Assembly: GCA_036867785.1 (NCBI GenBank)
Contig: CP145415.1
Location: forward strand, 1,116,001-1,180,000
DNA from: Plasmodiophora brassicae
Taxonomy: Eukaryota
Length of the DNA stretch: 64,000 nt
Reading direction: 5' to 3'
The position numbers and the translations under genes were made by a program. Positions 38,656-49,686 of the stretch are shown piece after piece. The first letter of the stretch is position 1; the number at the start of each line of letters is the position of its first letter. Below the pieces are notes generated by a model, which did no database searches, was not told where the DNA came from, and saw only the letters and a list, made by a program, of their open reading frames with translations.

Positions 38656-38800
38656 GCGACGCCGACACCCCCGAACTGCGGCGGCGCCGTAATTTGGGAC
38701 GTCGAAACGAACCGCCTCGTGCCGACTCGACGACCGGCAGCCCCAGGGAACACTGAACCGTTGTAGATGGGTTTATAATCGAATGCAGGAGCGAAACGTG

Positions 38801-41800
38801 TTAGGCCGCATGACGGGCAACGATGCCAGGCAGGTCGAATTCGGGCTGGGGCAGGTTCCAGGCGCCGTTGAAGACGGCGATGGTGGTGATGGAGTCGGTG
38901 AAGTGCAGGTTCGGCAGGAGCTTGGGCGTGATGCAGAAGATCTGCGGGGTGCCCCTGCCGGCCGAGCACTCGACGATCTGGTTGAAGATGTTCCGCTCGT
39001 TCTTCGGGTCCATGCCCTGGTTGATCTCGTCGACGACCCGGAAGGGGCACTTGGTCACGGCCTGCAGCGCGAGCAGGTAGAGCATGGTGGCCACCGATTT
39101 CTCGCCGCCCGATTGACGACTCTGCCGCAGTTGCTGAAGGCCGCTTTCCTCGCGGAACTTGACGAGCACGTTCATGCCATAGTCGGCCTCGTTCGGCGCT
39201 TCTGCAAGTTCGACCTGGCCGTCGCAGTCGAACTTTTGAAAGTACCCCTTGTACCGTTCGTTGATCTTCTTCGTGACATCGACCAGTGCAGGCCGCCATT
39301 GCGCCCGCAGCAGGTCTATCTGCTCAACTTCCTCGTCGTGCTTCTCGGCACATGCGCTCTGCTTGCCTTTCATATGCTCGATATCCTTCAGAAGCTGCTT
39401 GTAGCGCTGGCGCACGGAATCGTCCCCGACGACCGAGTCGACCTGCGCTTGGAGGTTCATGATCAGTTCGTTGATGGCGCGCAGATCATCCTTTGGGATC
39501 CACTCCACGTCAAAACGCTCTTCGTACTCGGCACGAGGAGCGATACTCTCCGCTTTCTCCTTCGCCTTCGCGGCTCTGCTCGCTGCAGCGCGAAGTTCCT
39601 GCTTGGCCGCTTCGGCGTCTGACTCGGCCTACAGGAACCGAATAAGATTGCACGCCAACTGTAACTTCCACGAACGGCCCACAGACCTCAGCGTACTGCC
39701 TGTTCGCCTCGCGGAAGCCGAGCTGCGTCACACGAAGCACCTCAGCGGCCTGAGCCGCGGCAGGGCCAGCAGCGTTTCCTTGATCATGGAGAGAAATGAT
39801 CTCGCGAACCAGAGCTTTCGCGGTTTCGACGCCCTTGACCCGCTTCTCGTTTTTATCCAGTATTCGCTTGCGAATACGTTCCTTCTCCACTTCCACATCC
39901 TCCTGATACCCAAATTCGTTTTAGCGAACGCTACCTGGACATGCTTGTCCGCCTTACGATTTGCGATAAATCGTCCAACGACTGTCGATACTGGGCAAGC
40001 ATACGTTTCCAAACCTTCCGCGACTTTTCGTACCCAGTCAGCTGGCCCATTTCGCTGTTGATTTCCTGCGCATTAGCGTTAAGCCACGACTCGTCGCCGA
40101 TTCCTACCGTCATTCGTACCTTCATGACCTTGTTAATCGGGACCGTCTCGCCAGCAAGGACCTTTTTTTCAGCGTTCAGCTGCGTAAGCTCAGCCTCGAT
40201 CCTAGCCAGCGATTCTTCGGCGTTCTTCAGTTGCGAATCATCCGATGTACCGGACAGCGAACGCGCGGGTTGCACCTGTCGAGACGTCAGATCATACACC
40301 TAACAACGGCAGGTTAGCGCACCTTATCTATGCCGAACGACATCGCTCGGTTGGCATATCGTGAGAACCCCTGGCTACAGAAGGAATCGGAGAAGAACAG
40401 GCGCCTGGGTCGAGAGTGGTCCTACAGAGACTGCTCTGAGACGGCGATGACGGTATACACCAGCGCGGCTCTACATCGACGGATTGGCACATGAAGTTCT
40501 TCTGGGACCGTACGCTAGGGTCCAGGGTGTAGGCGGTTTCGTGGAGCTGGAAACGGGCCTTGAGACACTGCATTACGGCATGAGGGCCCTGGACGGCATC
40601 GTCCAGGAAGCCGAGCGGGGCCGGCAATTCAAATCGATGGGGGAACTGTCATCGCGTCGGTGCCCGCACGAGGTTCCGAGCCGGTATATACCATGCACTG
40701 ACCTCGGCAGACGACGTTGTCGAAATGTCAACCCGGACGCGCATCGCGCTCTTCTTCTGCGCCAGGAGCCTCCAGTCGTCATCGTTTTCAACGACGAACC
40801 CAAGCAGGACATGGTATGGGATCAGGTGCTCGACATATCGCTCCGCACCTACCCATGCCGGTGCGTTAAGCAATTACCCAGATGCACTGGAGTTGTCGCT
40901 GACCAACCCTTAACTGGGAATTGCAACTCGAGTCCAACGGGGCCATACACTTTGCCCCTACACTGCGCACGACCTTCTTTCTCGAGCCTGTTCCAGCTCT
41001 CAGGGCGCTGCACTGCTGTTATCAGGATGAACGGCTGACCAGTCGAGGAATCTCTGGCAATCCTTGGCCTGATCGCTGGGATGACCATCGCGACTGAAAA
41101 GCTTCCTCGCCCTTTGCGTTTTCTCATCCTGAGCACACTGTCAATTTCACCCACCGCAAAGCACTTGGCAAATAGAAACCTGTAGCATCCGCAGTTCTTT
41201 GTTCAGGTGGGTCTTCTCCCGAGTACGCTCATCTAGGGTGTGATGAGTATGGCACATACGCATTCCAACATGATTGTGGTTACGTTGTTGGGCGTCAATA
41301 GCATGGGCCTTCGCGTTTAGGTGATCGAGTGCCTTGTGCTGCTCCGCCTTCCGCGCGTTCAGCTCCTGAAGACGAGCCTGGATGTCCTAAGAGCCAAACT
41401 TATGAGCTCCACAAATCACGTTCACTGCTAGGCGGGGTAGGGTCACCGAGCTCGCTGGCAGTTCGGCAAGTTTGGATTCGAGGTCGGTTATCTTCGTTGT
41501 AACAGCCTGGACTTCCTTTTTGTGGTCCAGGACGCGTTTGTCAACGGCCGCCAGCTCTTCCCCTGCGGAACGGTCAGCGCCCAACTATGTGGCCGCACGG
41601 AGCAGGATTACGGCACCCAATGAGGCCATCTCGACTTCCAACGTGTCCAGATGTTCGATCGCGTTTCTGTACTTCGATTCGAGCTTCTTGTTGCCGTTCT
41701 GCAGGCGCTTCCATTGCGCTTCAGCATCGGCTTTCGCACCTCGAAGAGATTCTAATCGAGCGCTGTACGCAAGCATAACGTCAGGCGGACAGGCACAGCA

Positions 41801-43022
41801 GCGGATCCTCCGACACCTTACACCATCGGTTCTTGCTGCTTTTTCAGTTCCTTTAACCGGGCGAGTGCCTGGGAATGAGCGATTTGAAGCTCCCTGGCGT
41901 GGGTGCGCAGCACCGTAAACTCCAGCCAGGGTCTGTACTTCTGCAGCAGATCGATTCGCTCCTTCATCTCGTTCTGTTCTTCAAGACGCTCGACCTCAAC
42001 GTGCAGAGCCTGTTACCGAGCGGCATGGGCAACCACGTAACCCAACGCGTTCCGGGATCCACGTACCTCTGCCTGCGCCGTCATCCTTTGCAAGGACTTC
42101 GTCGTTTCCTCCAGCTCCTTGCGAGATACCTCCTCGAGCTTGCGTAGCTCAATGAGTTGCAGGTGCAGCTCATGTAGACGGCCGTCGTAAGCGGCCTTCT
42201 CCGTGTCCCGAAGCAGGCTTTTCGGTTCGAGCTTGGCGAATTCGCACACCTTCTCCTGGGCCAGGAACTGACACAAGTTGTCCACCTGGATGTTCAATGC
42301 TTTTGTGATATCGTGAACATCCTTCTTCTTGGAAGGTCGCCCGTTAATCAGCCAAGCGCTCTTCGTCGAATCCTTCGACAGCACGCGACGAATAACCGTG
42401 CGAGGCGTTGACCGGCTAGGCGTATGGAGCTCGATCTCAATGTAACCTGGCGACCGTCCCGATTAATAGGCGCAGACCCGTTCAAGAGCGCCGAATCGCA
42501 TACCCGTCTCAGCACCGCGCTTCACGAAATCGCTCGTCTTATCCGCACGACCCAGGCTCTACGATCAGGACACCGATATCAACGCAACGCATCGTGGGTG
42601 AACGTAGCCTCATCCTACATGAGTATCACCCCCGAGGCCGAGACACAGCGCACAGACGATGGAGCTTTTTCCTATAGAGACGAACGTGATCAGGTTGGGC
42701 GGCGGCGGCGGTTTCGCGCGCGTTTCAAAGACGTCCCTACCGGAGCCATTCGGACCGGTCACCAGGTTCAGTCCCGACCCAGCGGTGAATTCGACATCGG
42801 AATAGGTCACTGTTGCATGGGGAGGCGTCGCCGTCAGCGCTGGGGCCCCTGTGCAGACGGGGTCGAAACGGGCGGACCGAAATTGTGCAGGACGACACGT
42901 CGGATGGCGCCCTCCAGGAATTCGCTATCGGCGGGCGGCGCGATTCGCGGGCGCTTGTCGGGCCGCCCGTCGTCGTTGCCGTTGGCGGGTGCCGCGTGGC
43001 GTCGGGCGGAAGCGGTGGGCAT
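38801..43022 (-). CDS. SMC5: Structural maintenance of chromosomes protein 5
   Basis: [93 protein letters not shown]. Confidence 0.95.
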
Positions 43023-43049
43023 CGCGGACCTCGGCGCCCACGCAGCGCA

Positions 43050-43362
43050 ATGGACGAGTCCGCCGGCGCCGGCGCCGCCGCCATGGACGTCGTCGACCTG
43101 GCGCCGGGTGCCGCCGTCACCGAGGACGACCTCGACCAGCAGTGCAGGGATCTGCGCAAGACGCGCGACGAGCTCGTCGAGCAGATCCAACGGGTGCACG
43201 CCCTGCTGCGACAGGCGTTCAACACCCAAGAGTACCGCCCCATCGGTCGTCGTCGCCGGTCGATTGCGTTTCACACACCGTGTCAGGGACCTGCTAGCCA
43301 AGCTGGACAAGGCGGAAGGGCGCGCCAGCAGATCGGGGGCGCCGTCTCCCGTCCCTGGCTGA
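43050..43362 (+). CDS. Small coiled-coil hypothetical protein (alternative ATG at 43083)
   Basis: EDDLDQQCRDLRKTRDELVEQIQRVHALLRQAFNTQE|DLLAKLDKAE..PVPG* after a GTACC..TCAG intron; GC3-rich codons. Confidence 0.5.
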
Positions 43363-43601
43363 ACTGTGCGGCAGTGACGTCGGTCCACAGGGTGGTTTCA
43401 TTCCAAGGCGCGAACCCGTGTGCTGAATACTGCAGCGGTGATGTATGTACCTACACCTATGCAGGCTCGACGAGGCTGTGCTGTGCCGCGTGTGCCTGTT
43501 GCATGCCATGGAATGCTTGTTGCTGCCCGTCCTCTAGTGGGTCCAGGCCAGCGCACAGCGCAACAGTGCCCGCCGCCGGTGTCGCCTGCGTCTGGAGCAG
43601 T

Positions 43602-44735
43602 ATGGACCGGTCGGCTGGAGTGTCCTGGCGGTGGCACTGGCTAGTCGTGGGCACCCTCGTCGTATTCTCGATGATGCTACTCGTTGACATGGTGTCGAAT
43701 GCGTCGCCGCGTTCGCGGCAGGTGACCATCGTCAGTGTGAAGGCCAACAGCAGTGGCGGCACCGTCGACGTCAACGTGTCGACGGTTACCGTGGAGGAGA
43801 AGGCAGACTACAGCGAATGGATGGGCGTTGTCGGGCGCCCCGCTGACACGTTGTCGGTGTGCGGGCTGACTGGTGGTGGGTTTGGGTCTGCGATGCAACC
43901 CCGCATCGTGCACCTGATCATGACGATGGCGACGGGCCTCACCTACGTCCACCGGCCTGTCCCGAACACGATCGAATGGGGGACGAATCCCACGCTCGCG
44001 GACAGGTTCTTGAACCTGGGCGAGGGCGAAATACAGGAGGCCGACCTGCCGCCTGGGACGCCGACTACAGAGTACACGGAAGGGACGCACTTCGTTGACA
44101 TCAACCCGAACTTGATTGATGTGTCCCGCGAGGCTCTTCGTAACAAGTACTTCTCGCCGAATGCGTCTCCCAAGCCTGTTATTGTCGAGTTGGATCCCGT
44201 CGCCATCAACGTCGCTTTGCATATTCGAAAAGGGTACCGGGCGGAAGGCGATGCATTTCGATTCATTGCCAACAACCTCAACGCGGAAAAGATTCGAGCA
44301 TTGTTCACAGCGATTCGCCAGAGGACGTCGATGCCGGTCAAGCTGAACATTTACTCCAGCGGGGGTGCCCATGTAGGTCCCTGCGGCAGTCAGTGTGCTG
44401 GCGCTACATTTCAGCACCTGAATATGCCTGTTCAGGAATTCCCAGAGTTCACCGAGTTCAGCCCGACGTTCGTCCTGGACGGCGACGCGCTGTACTCGTT
44501 GCACGCGATGGTCACCGCCGATATTCTCGTGATGGCGCACAGCTCGTTCTCGTACGTGGCTGCCATGTACAACGACGGTTTCGTCCTCTACGACCCGTTC
44601 TGGCACCAGGCGCCGTCCAGCTGGATGACATGCACGAACAGCGTCTTCAACCTCACCAGCGCCCACCATGTCGCCAGCCTCCGGCGCGTTATCAAACGGG
44701 CCATTCATCGCGCGAACAGCCACTATGCTGTCTGA
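43602..44735 (+). CDS. Type II membrane glycosyltransferase, fucosyltransferase-like (GT11/GT23/NodZ-type GT-B motifs)
   Basis: N-terminal TM segment, GGGFGSAMQ, VALHIRKG, MVTADILVMAHSSFSYVAA; probable in-frame intron at ~44373-44435. Confidence 0.7.
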   Translation: MDRSAGVSWRWHWLVVGTLVVFSMMLLVDMVSNASPRSRQVTIVSVKANSSGGTVDVNVSTVTVEEKADYSEWMGVVGRPADTLSVCGLTGGGFGSAMQPRIVHLIMTMATGLTYVHRPVPNTIEWGTNPTLADRFLNLGEGEIQEADLPPGTPTTEYTEGTHFVDINPNLIDVSREALRNKYFSPNASPKPVIVELDPVAINVALHIRKGYRAEGDAFRFIANNLNAEKIRALFTAIRQRTSMPVKLNIYSSGGAHVGPCGSQCAGATFQHLNMPVQEFPEFTEFSPTFVLDGDALYSLHAMVTADILVMAHSSFSYVAAMYNDGFVLYDPFWHQAPSSWMTCTNSVFNLTSAHHVASLRRVIKRAIHRANSHYAV

Positions 44736-44785
44736 TTATCAAAGTACCTGTTGTACCCTGCGATTACCAGCGTGTCATTCGGTCA

Positions 44786-45235
44786 TCAGCAAACGATTCG
44801 GGGACGGCCGGACGTGGTGAGCAGTGCCCTGACGGGGGGCCGCTTATCTCGGAGTCGCCGAATTCCCCAGTCGCGCGCGCGCAGTTTTTGTGAACTGTTC
44901 TCCTCCTCGTCTGGCGCAGCGAGTGTGACGTGACGGGGTCCAGTGATCACATCGCCCATCTTCCCAAGGGGCGGGGCTTCGCGTTGTGTCGGGGCTGTGG
45001 TGCGCGACGGGCGCTGGATCGCGTCGGTACAGACTGGGTCCGACAGGGTGGTGACCGGCACAGCGAGCAGGAGCGACATATCCTTGTCCTTCGGTACAGG
45101 TGCGTCGACTGATACGTCAGCGGTCGTACCCGTCCGAACGGGCGGCCTGTCGGGATACGTTGAGGTTCGCCTGTGCCGGAGGTGAATATCGGCCAGGGGG
45201 TTCAAGCGAGGCGCCCAGTCGCCGAGTCGACTCAT
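44786..45235 (-). CDS. Hypothetical protein (uncertain)
   Basis: 149-codon ORF filling the gap, with its stop 50 bp from the convergent gene; no recognisable motif. Confidence 0.25.
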   Translation of the reverse strand: MSRLGDWAPRLNPLADIHLRHRRTSTYPDRPPVRTGTTADVSVDAPVPKDKDMSLLLAVPVTTLSDPVCTDAIQRPSRTTAPTQREAPPLGKMGDVITGPRHVTLAAPDEEENSSQKLRARDWGIRRLRDKRPPVRALLTTSGRPRIVC

Positions 45236-45323
45236 GTCGCGTGACCCGCCAGAGTGCGGCGCGTGCCCAGTGGCGGCTTGCTCTGACCAGTTCGTCGTCG
45301 CCTGCCAGTCAATCGCGGGCAGT

Positions 45324-45701
45324 ATGACCGGCGAACGGCAGGGGCCGCTGCCCGATCGCGTCTTCGACCTGCCATCGGCGTCCAACCCCGTCATCTACGC
45401 GCGATCGTGGTTCTCCATACCGCAGGCCTCCGGGCCTGCGCCTGTCGCCGCTGCCGAACCCGCCCCTGTATCTGTCGAGCAGCTCACAGCACGCCTTCAG
45501 GAATTGCACGTGCAGCGATCGGCGGCCAGGACCCGATGCGCCAATGACAGGGCGCGACCGGCACCGGACGCCGCCGCTGCTGGCGCACCTGGCGACGACG
45601 ACGACGACTTTGAGGAGAACTTCGGCCGCGAGCTCAACTATCTGCTTGCGCAGCTGCGCCTGCACGATGCCAACGGCAACTTCATGCCATACATCTACTG
45701 A
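45324..45701 (+). CDS. Small hypothetical protein
   Basis: ORF with protein-like features (SVEQLTARLQELHV; acidic run; ELNYLLAQLRL..MPYIY*). Confidence 0.45.
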   Translation: MTGERQGPLPDRVFDLPSASNPVIYARSWFSIPQASGPAPVAAAEPAPVSVEQLTARLQELHVQRSAARTRCANDRARPAPDAAAAGAPGDDDDDFEENFGRELNYLLAQLRLHDANGNFMPYIY

Positions 45702-45854
45702 CGCTGACGCACGCCCATAGCTGGACATCACCGATCCGTAATATACGCGCCAGCATTGGCGTTCACCACCGTTGCAGACCGACGACAGCGATTGCATAAT
45801 ACTTTATACCATGGTACAATGAATACATACTGGGCAAACGATAGCCGCCAACTG

Positions 45855-47200
45855 TCATTGCATGGCGCAGGAGTCCCCTAGACGGGACGCGGCGCCGTCC
45901 GACACCAGCTGGTACAGGTCGGAGACGACAGCCTGGACGTCCACGAGGTCGATCTCGTCGCCGTCCTTGCCCGCTCTTGCGAGGTGCGGGTCGGGCGCCA
46001 CGTCCCCCAGAAGGGAGCACACGATAGACCGTGTCGCGAGGACATCTCTTCGGATGGCATGGAGACGAGCGGAGTCGGACGGGGAGGGCGCCGACCGAGC
46101 AGCGGGAGCACCCGGGTCTGGTTCCGCCTTGCCGTTCACTTCCTGGTCCTTCAGACGCCTGTAGAGCTCGCCGATCAGGGCGTTCTGCCGTTCGAGATCG
46201 GACTTGTCGGCTTCCGACTGCGCCTGCAGGTCTGCGAGACGCTGGTCGAACTCGTGGATCATGTTGTCCTTGGCGCGGTTCTCGGCCTGCAATGCCCTCA
46301 GGGTCTGTTTGAGCCGTTCGATCTCTGAGTCCTTCGCCACGAGCGATTCGTGACCAGCTCGTCCAGCATTCGCGAGCGGCTGCAACTTCTCAACCAAGGC
46401 ACGAAGCTCGTCCCGCTCCCGAAGAACGGCGGCCGCTTGCGTCCCCTCGAGCTGGAGAACGCGGGTGCGCTCGCTTTGCCAGTTGGCTTTCAGGATGCCA
46501 TTTTCGGCCTTGAGCTTCGTGACATGCCCACGAAGCGAAGCGCTCTCGTTCTCGATGGTTTCGAGGGTCGATCGAAACGACGATGAGGCACGCTGCTCGG
46601 CGAAATACAACGCACGGAGCTGGGAGTTGTCGGCCTCGGACGCGGCAAGACGCTGCTCGAGAGAGGCCAGCTTTCCCGAGACGTCCTCGCGTTGAAGGTC
46701 GAGTTCGTTGTCTTTGGCGCGCAGTGTCTCGCGAAGGCTCTGCTCGCTGGCTGTCCGATGAGCCAGCGCTGTCTGATACAAACCGCTCAGAAAATGCAAA
46801 CGGTAAACAGGAGGCAAGACGTTCCACCTGGTAGTCGGCAAGCTGGTCGGTTAGTCGTCGAATGTGCTCCTTGAGCTGGGACCCCTCATTGGCCTCCGTT
46901 GAGGTGCGTTGCTGGAGGGCCTCCTGAAGGGCGCGGATTTCAAGATCCTTCCTATGGAGCTCCGTTCGCATCTGATCGTTGTTTCTCGCGATCGTCAGGC
47001 GCGCGTTCCGAATCTGGACACGCGTCAGACGCACGCGCGCGCGCGGGACCGCAGCCGCCGACCCGGACCTGTTCGACGCTTTTCGCCCTCTCCTTCCGCA
47101 TCTCAATCAGGTCCAGGCTGAGTTTCGTAATCCGACCCTGCAGGTCCTGCTCCCTGGCGGCAACCGCGGGCCCGGTGCCGCCATCGCTCGACGACGGCAT
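45855..47200 (-). CDS. Coiled-coil protein ending in a CaaX box (CAMQ), with a CEP85-like C-terminus
   Basis: Long heptad repeats over three exons; C-terminus DLYQLVSDGAASRLGDSCAMQ*. Confidence 0.7.
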
Positions 47201-47426
47201 CGGCAGCCGAGACCCAGTTGGAAGGCCCCGTCGGCGCCCCGGACCTGGCCCGCAAAAATGTCGCACACACCACGGCACACACAGCACGACACCGAAGACG
47301 GCGCGCCGGACAACAACAGCGTCGTGCCAGACCCGTGTGTGTCAAGCGGCGGCAGCGTTTGTCTATAGTTCGGTGGCGTTAACGTGCTCAGCACCAGGTG
47401 TGGTCTTGTTCGAGACGATGGGTACG

Positions 47427-48955
47427 TCAGAGTTCCGTGCGTTCGGGTGCGGGCGCGGGCGTATTATGCCGACGGAATCGGTCGCAGATGAGCAGAGCGA
47501 CGTTCTTGGCGGCGACCATGGCGATCTCGATTGCGGATGCGCCGCGCTCGATGGCGTTTAGGTAGTACAGGCCGTCACCGATTCGGAACTCACCGAGGTG
47601 CTCGGGCGTGTCGAACTTTGGGTACGCGAACCACCGCGTTGAACTGGCGACCTTGTAGCCGGGTGCGAACATGCCCGACAGAACCGACTCTGGTAGTGGG
47701 TTCCGCGAAAAGAACTTTACGAATCGCGTCCCGTTGCGATTGCGGATCGTGCCGATCGACGAGAATGCGATCTCGTCGGATTCGACCGTGCCGATTGCTG
47801 ACGGCAGGTCCTTGGTCGTCTTGGCGCCAAAGTACGCTAGGCGACGTCGTTCGCATTAGACGGCCCCTGCATTTCGGCTACACGAACAGATCCTTACCAG
47901 GCACGAAGCGGCCTTCCACAAACGTCGTATACACTTGTTGATAGGGACGACGGTCGGGGACAGTGACATCGGGTCCACCCAGAGCGATCGACGACGTCAC
48001 GAACGGTGCGGCAAGAGCGACGACATCATAGTCAACGGATGTCCCGTTGTCCAGCATCACGCGCCACGTGTCGTCCACGCGCTCGACAGATCGAACCGGG
48101 CAGTCCAGCACGAGATGGGCGCTCGAGTTTCGAAGCAAAGCTGCCGGCAGCTGTGCACTGTACATCGACGTCACTCCAAGCAGGCGGGGCGCGGTCATTG
48201 CTAAACGGTACGACTTACTTGCCGCCCGTGATCGAGAACACTTGGTCGGTGACGATCGGGGCCAGCGCGATGCCGCCGGCCAGGGCACTGATGGTCGTCG
48301 GCGCCTGGTTGTAATTGATACGCGTGACAGCCGCCACGAATTCGTCGACGAACGCACCCGACATCGGCGCGTACCATGGCGCTTCGCTCGCCAGGCTGTC
48401 ATTCAAACGAAGCGCGGCGTACGGCCCCAGGCCGAGCGCATCCCACATCGACTTCGAGGTGTTGAACGCCTGCCCGGCGGCCTGGATGTCGTATATCAGG
48501 TCGAAGTCGGTGGCCATGCGCCGAACCAGGTCCTGTGCCGTGACCATCGACAGGCCGTACCGGCGGACCAGGCGCCACACCGTCGTCAGGTACGATGACG
48601 ACGATGATTGAAACACGAACTGTTTCCCGTTGAATACCGCGAAATCGCCCTCGTCGACGTTGGGCGGGCCGGCCTGAAATCCCAGTCGTTCGCTGAGCTC
48701 GAAGAAGTACCGGTTCCGTTTGATGCCGATGGCGGCGCCGGCCTCGACGACGAAGCCCTCCTCGACACGGTGCTCGCGGATTCGCCCGCCGACCCGGCCG
48801 GACGCCTCGAAGACGGTCACGTCAACGTCGTCGCCGAATCGTTCACGCAGGAAATACGACAACGCGGACCCGCCGATGCCGGCGCCCACGATACCGACCG
48901 ACACCGCCCCGACCAGGCAGGGGCACAGCACCAGCAGTGCCGTCATCATCGTCAT
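47427..48955 (-). CDS. PCYOX1: Prenylcysteine oxidase/lyase
   Basis: Signal peptide, IVGAGIGG, VFE..RVGGR, EAGA, RINYNQ, WFAYP, LYYLNAIE..ASAIE..VAAKNVALL, and an ER-retention-like RTEL* end. Confidence 0.88.
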
Positions 48956-49071
48956 CGTCACGTCACGGACGGGGTAGGTACTATTTGGGCCGCAAAGCCG
49001 CTGGCCGATGCACATTAGGGCAGCTGCCATATACTTCGTGACTGTATCGCGTTCGAGGCTCCCTGGCACCG

Positions 49072-49686
49072 TTACTTCTTCAGCGGGTGCGCCTGGCGCC
49101 ATTCGATAACCCTCGGGTGGTGGTCGACGGCCTTGACGACCTTGGCCAGGTTCGGGTAGGCGTCGACGACGTCGGTGGGGATACCGTTCAAGACGCCCAA
49201 CCTGAACCATTGCGTCACGGTCCAGATGGACAGGTCGGCCATCGTGACCTTGTCGCCGCACGAGTGACCCTCGACACTGTTCTGGCCGACAAGGTAATCC
49301 AGGCCGCGCAGGTACGGTGTGTCGACGAGATCCTTGCGGATGGACATCTTCTTGCCGCGGTCCTCCTCGTGGAGTGTTGGTTCGATGGCGGCAATGACGT
49401 CGCCCACGCCGTCGACGATCTGGTCGACCCGCAGCCTGTCGAGCGCAGCCGATGGTTCTAGCCCGCCGATATGAGCAACGTAACGCAGGAGGGCGTTCGT
49501 CTGTGCGAATTGGACGCCGTCAATAGTCATCTCTGGCAACGCGCCGAACAGCGTCTTTGGTTTCATGTTCGGCCAGTCGTCGTGGCGGATGCGCTCGTCC
49601 TGGAACGGGATCCCGGACAGGACCATCGCCAGGCGCAACGATTCCGCACGCCCCGGCATGGTCAGCTTGATCGTCGGCGTCTCCAT
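49072..49686 (-). CDS. Glutathione S-transferase, sigma-like, with an N-terminal motif deletion
   Basis: GRAE.LRL....GIPF.DERI...WP..K...FG.LP...IDG...AQT.A.LRY and GDKVTMADL; intronless. Confidence 0.88.
   Translation of the reverse strand: METPTIKLTMPGRAESLRLAMVLSGIPFQDERIRHDDWPNMKPKTLFGALPEMTIDGVQFAQTNALLRYVAHIGGLEPSAALDRLRVDQIVDGVGDVIAAIEPTLHEEDRGKKMSIRKDLVDTPYLRGLDYLVGQNSVEGHSCGDKVTMADLSIWTVTQWFRLGVLNGIPTDVVDAYPNLAKVVKAVDHHPRVIEWRQAHPLKK

Noticed and set aside
42813-44735. 640-aa ORF as a single protein
   Set aside because: It overlaps the SMC5 5' end antisense and reads through introns and a Cys-rich non-coding-looking stretch. It is better explained as a small coiled-coil gene plus a separate glycosyltransferase.
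48215-49261. N-terminally extended prenylcysteine oxidase ORF suggesting a GST-PCYOX fusion
   Set aside because: The extension is an alternative frame of the GST 3' end. GST has its own stop at 49072 and PCYOX has a signal peptide at 48955.
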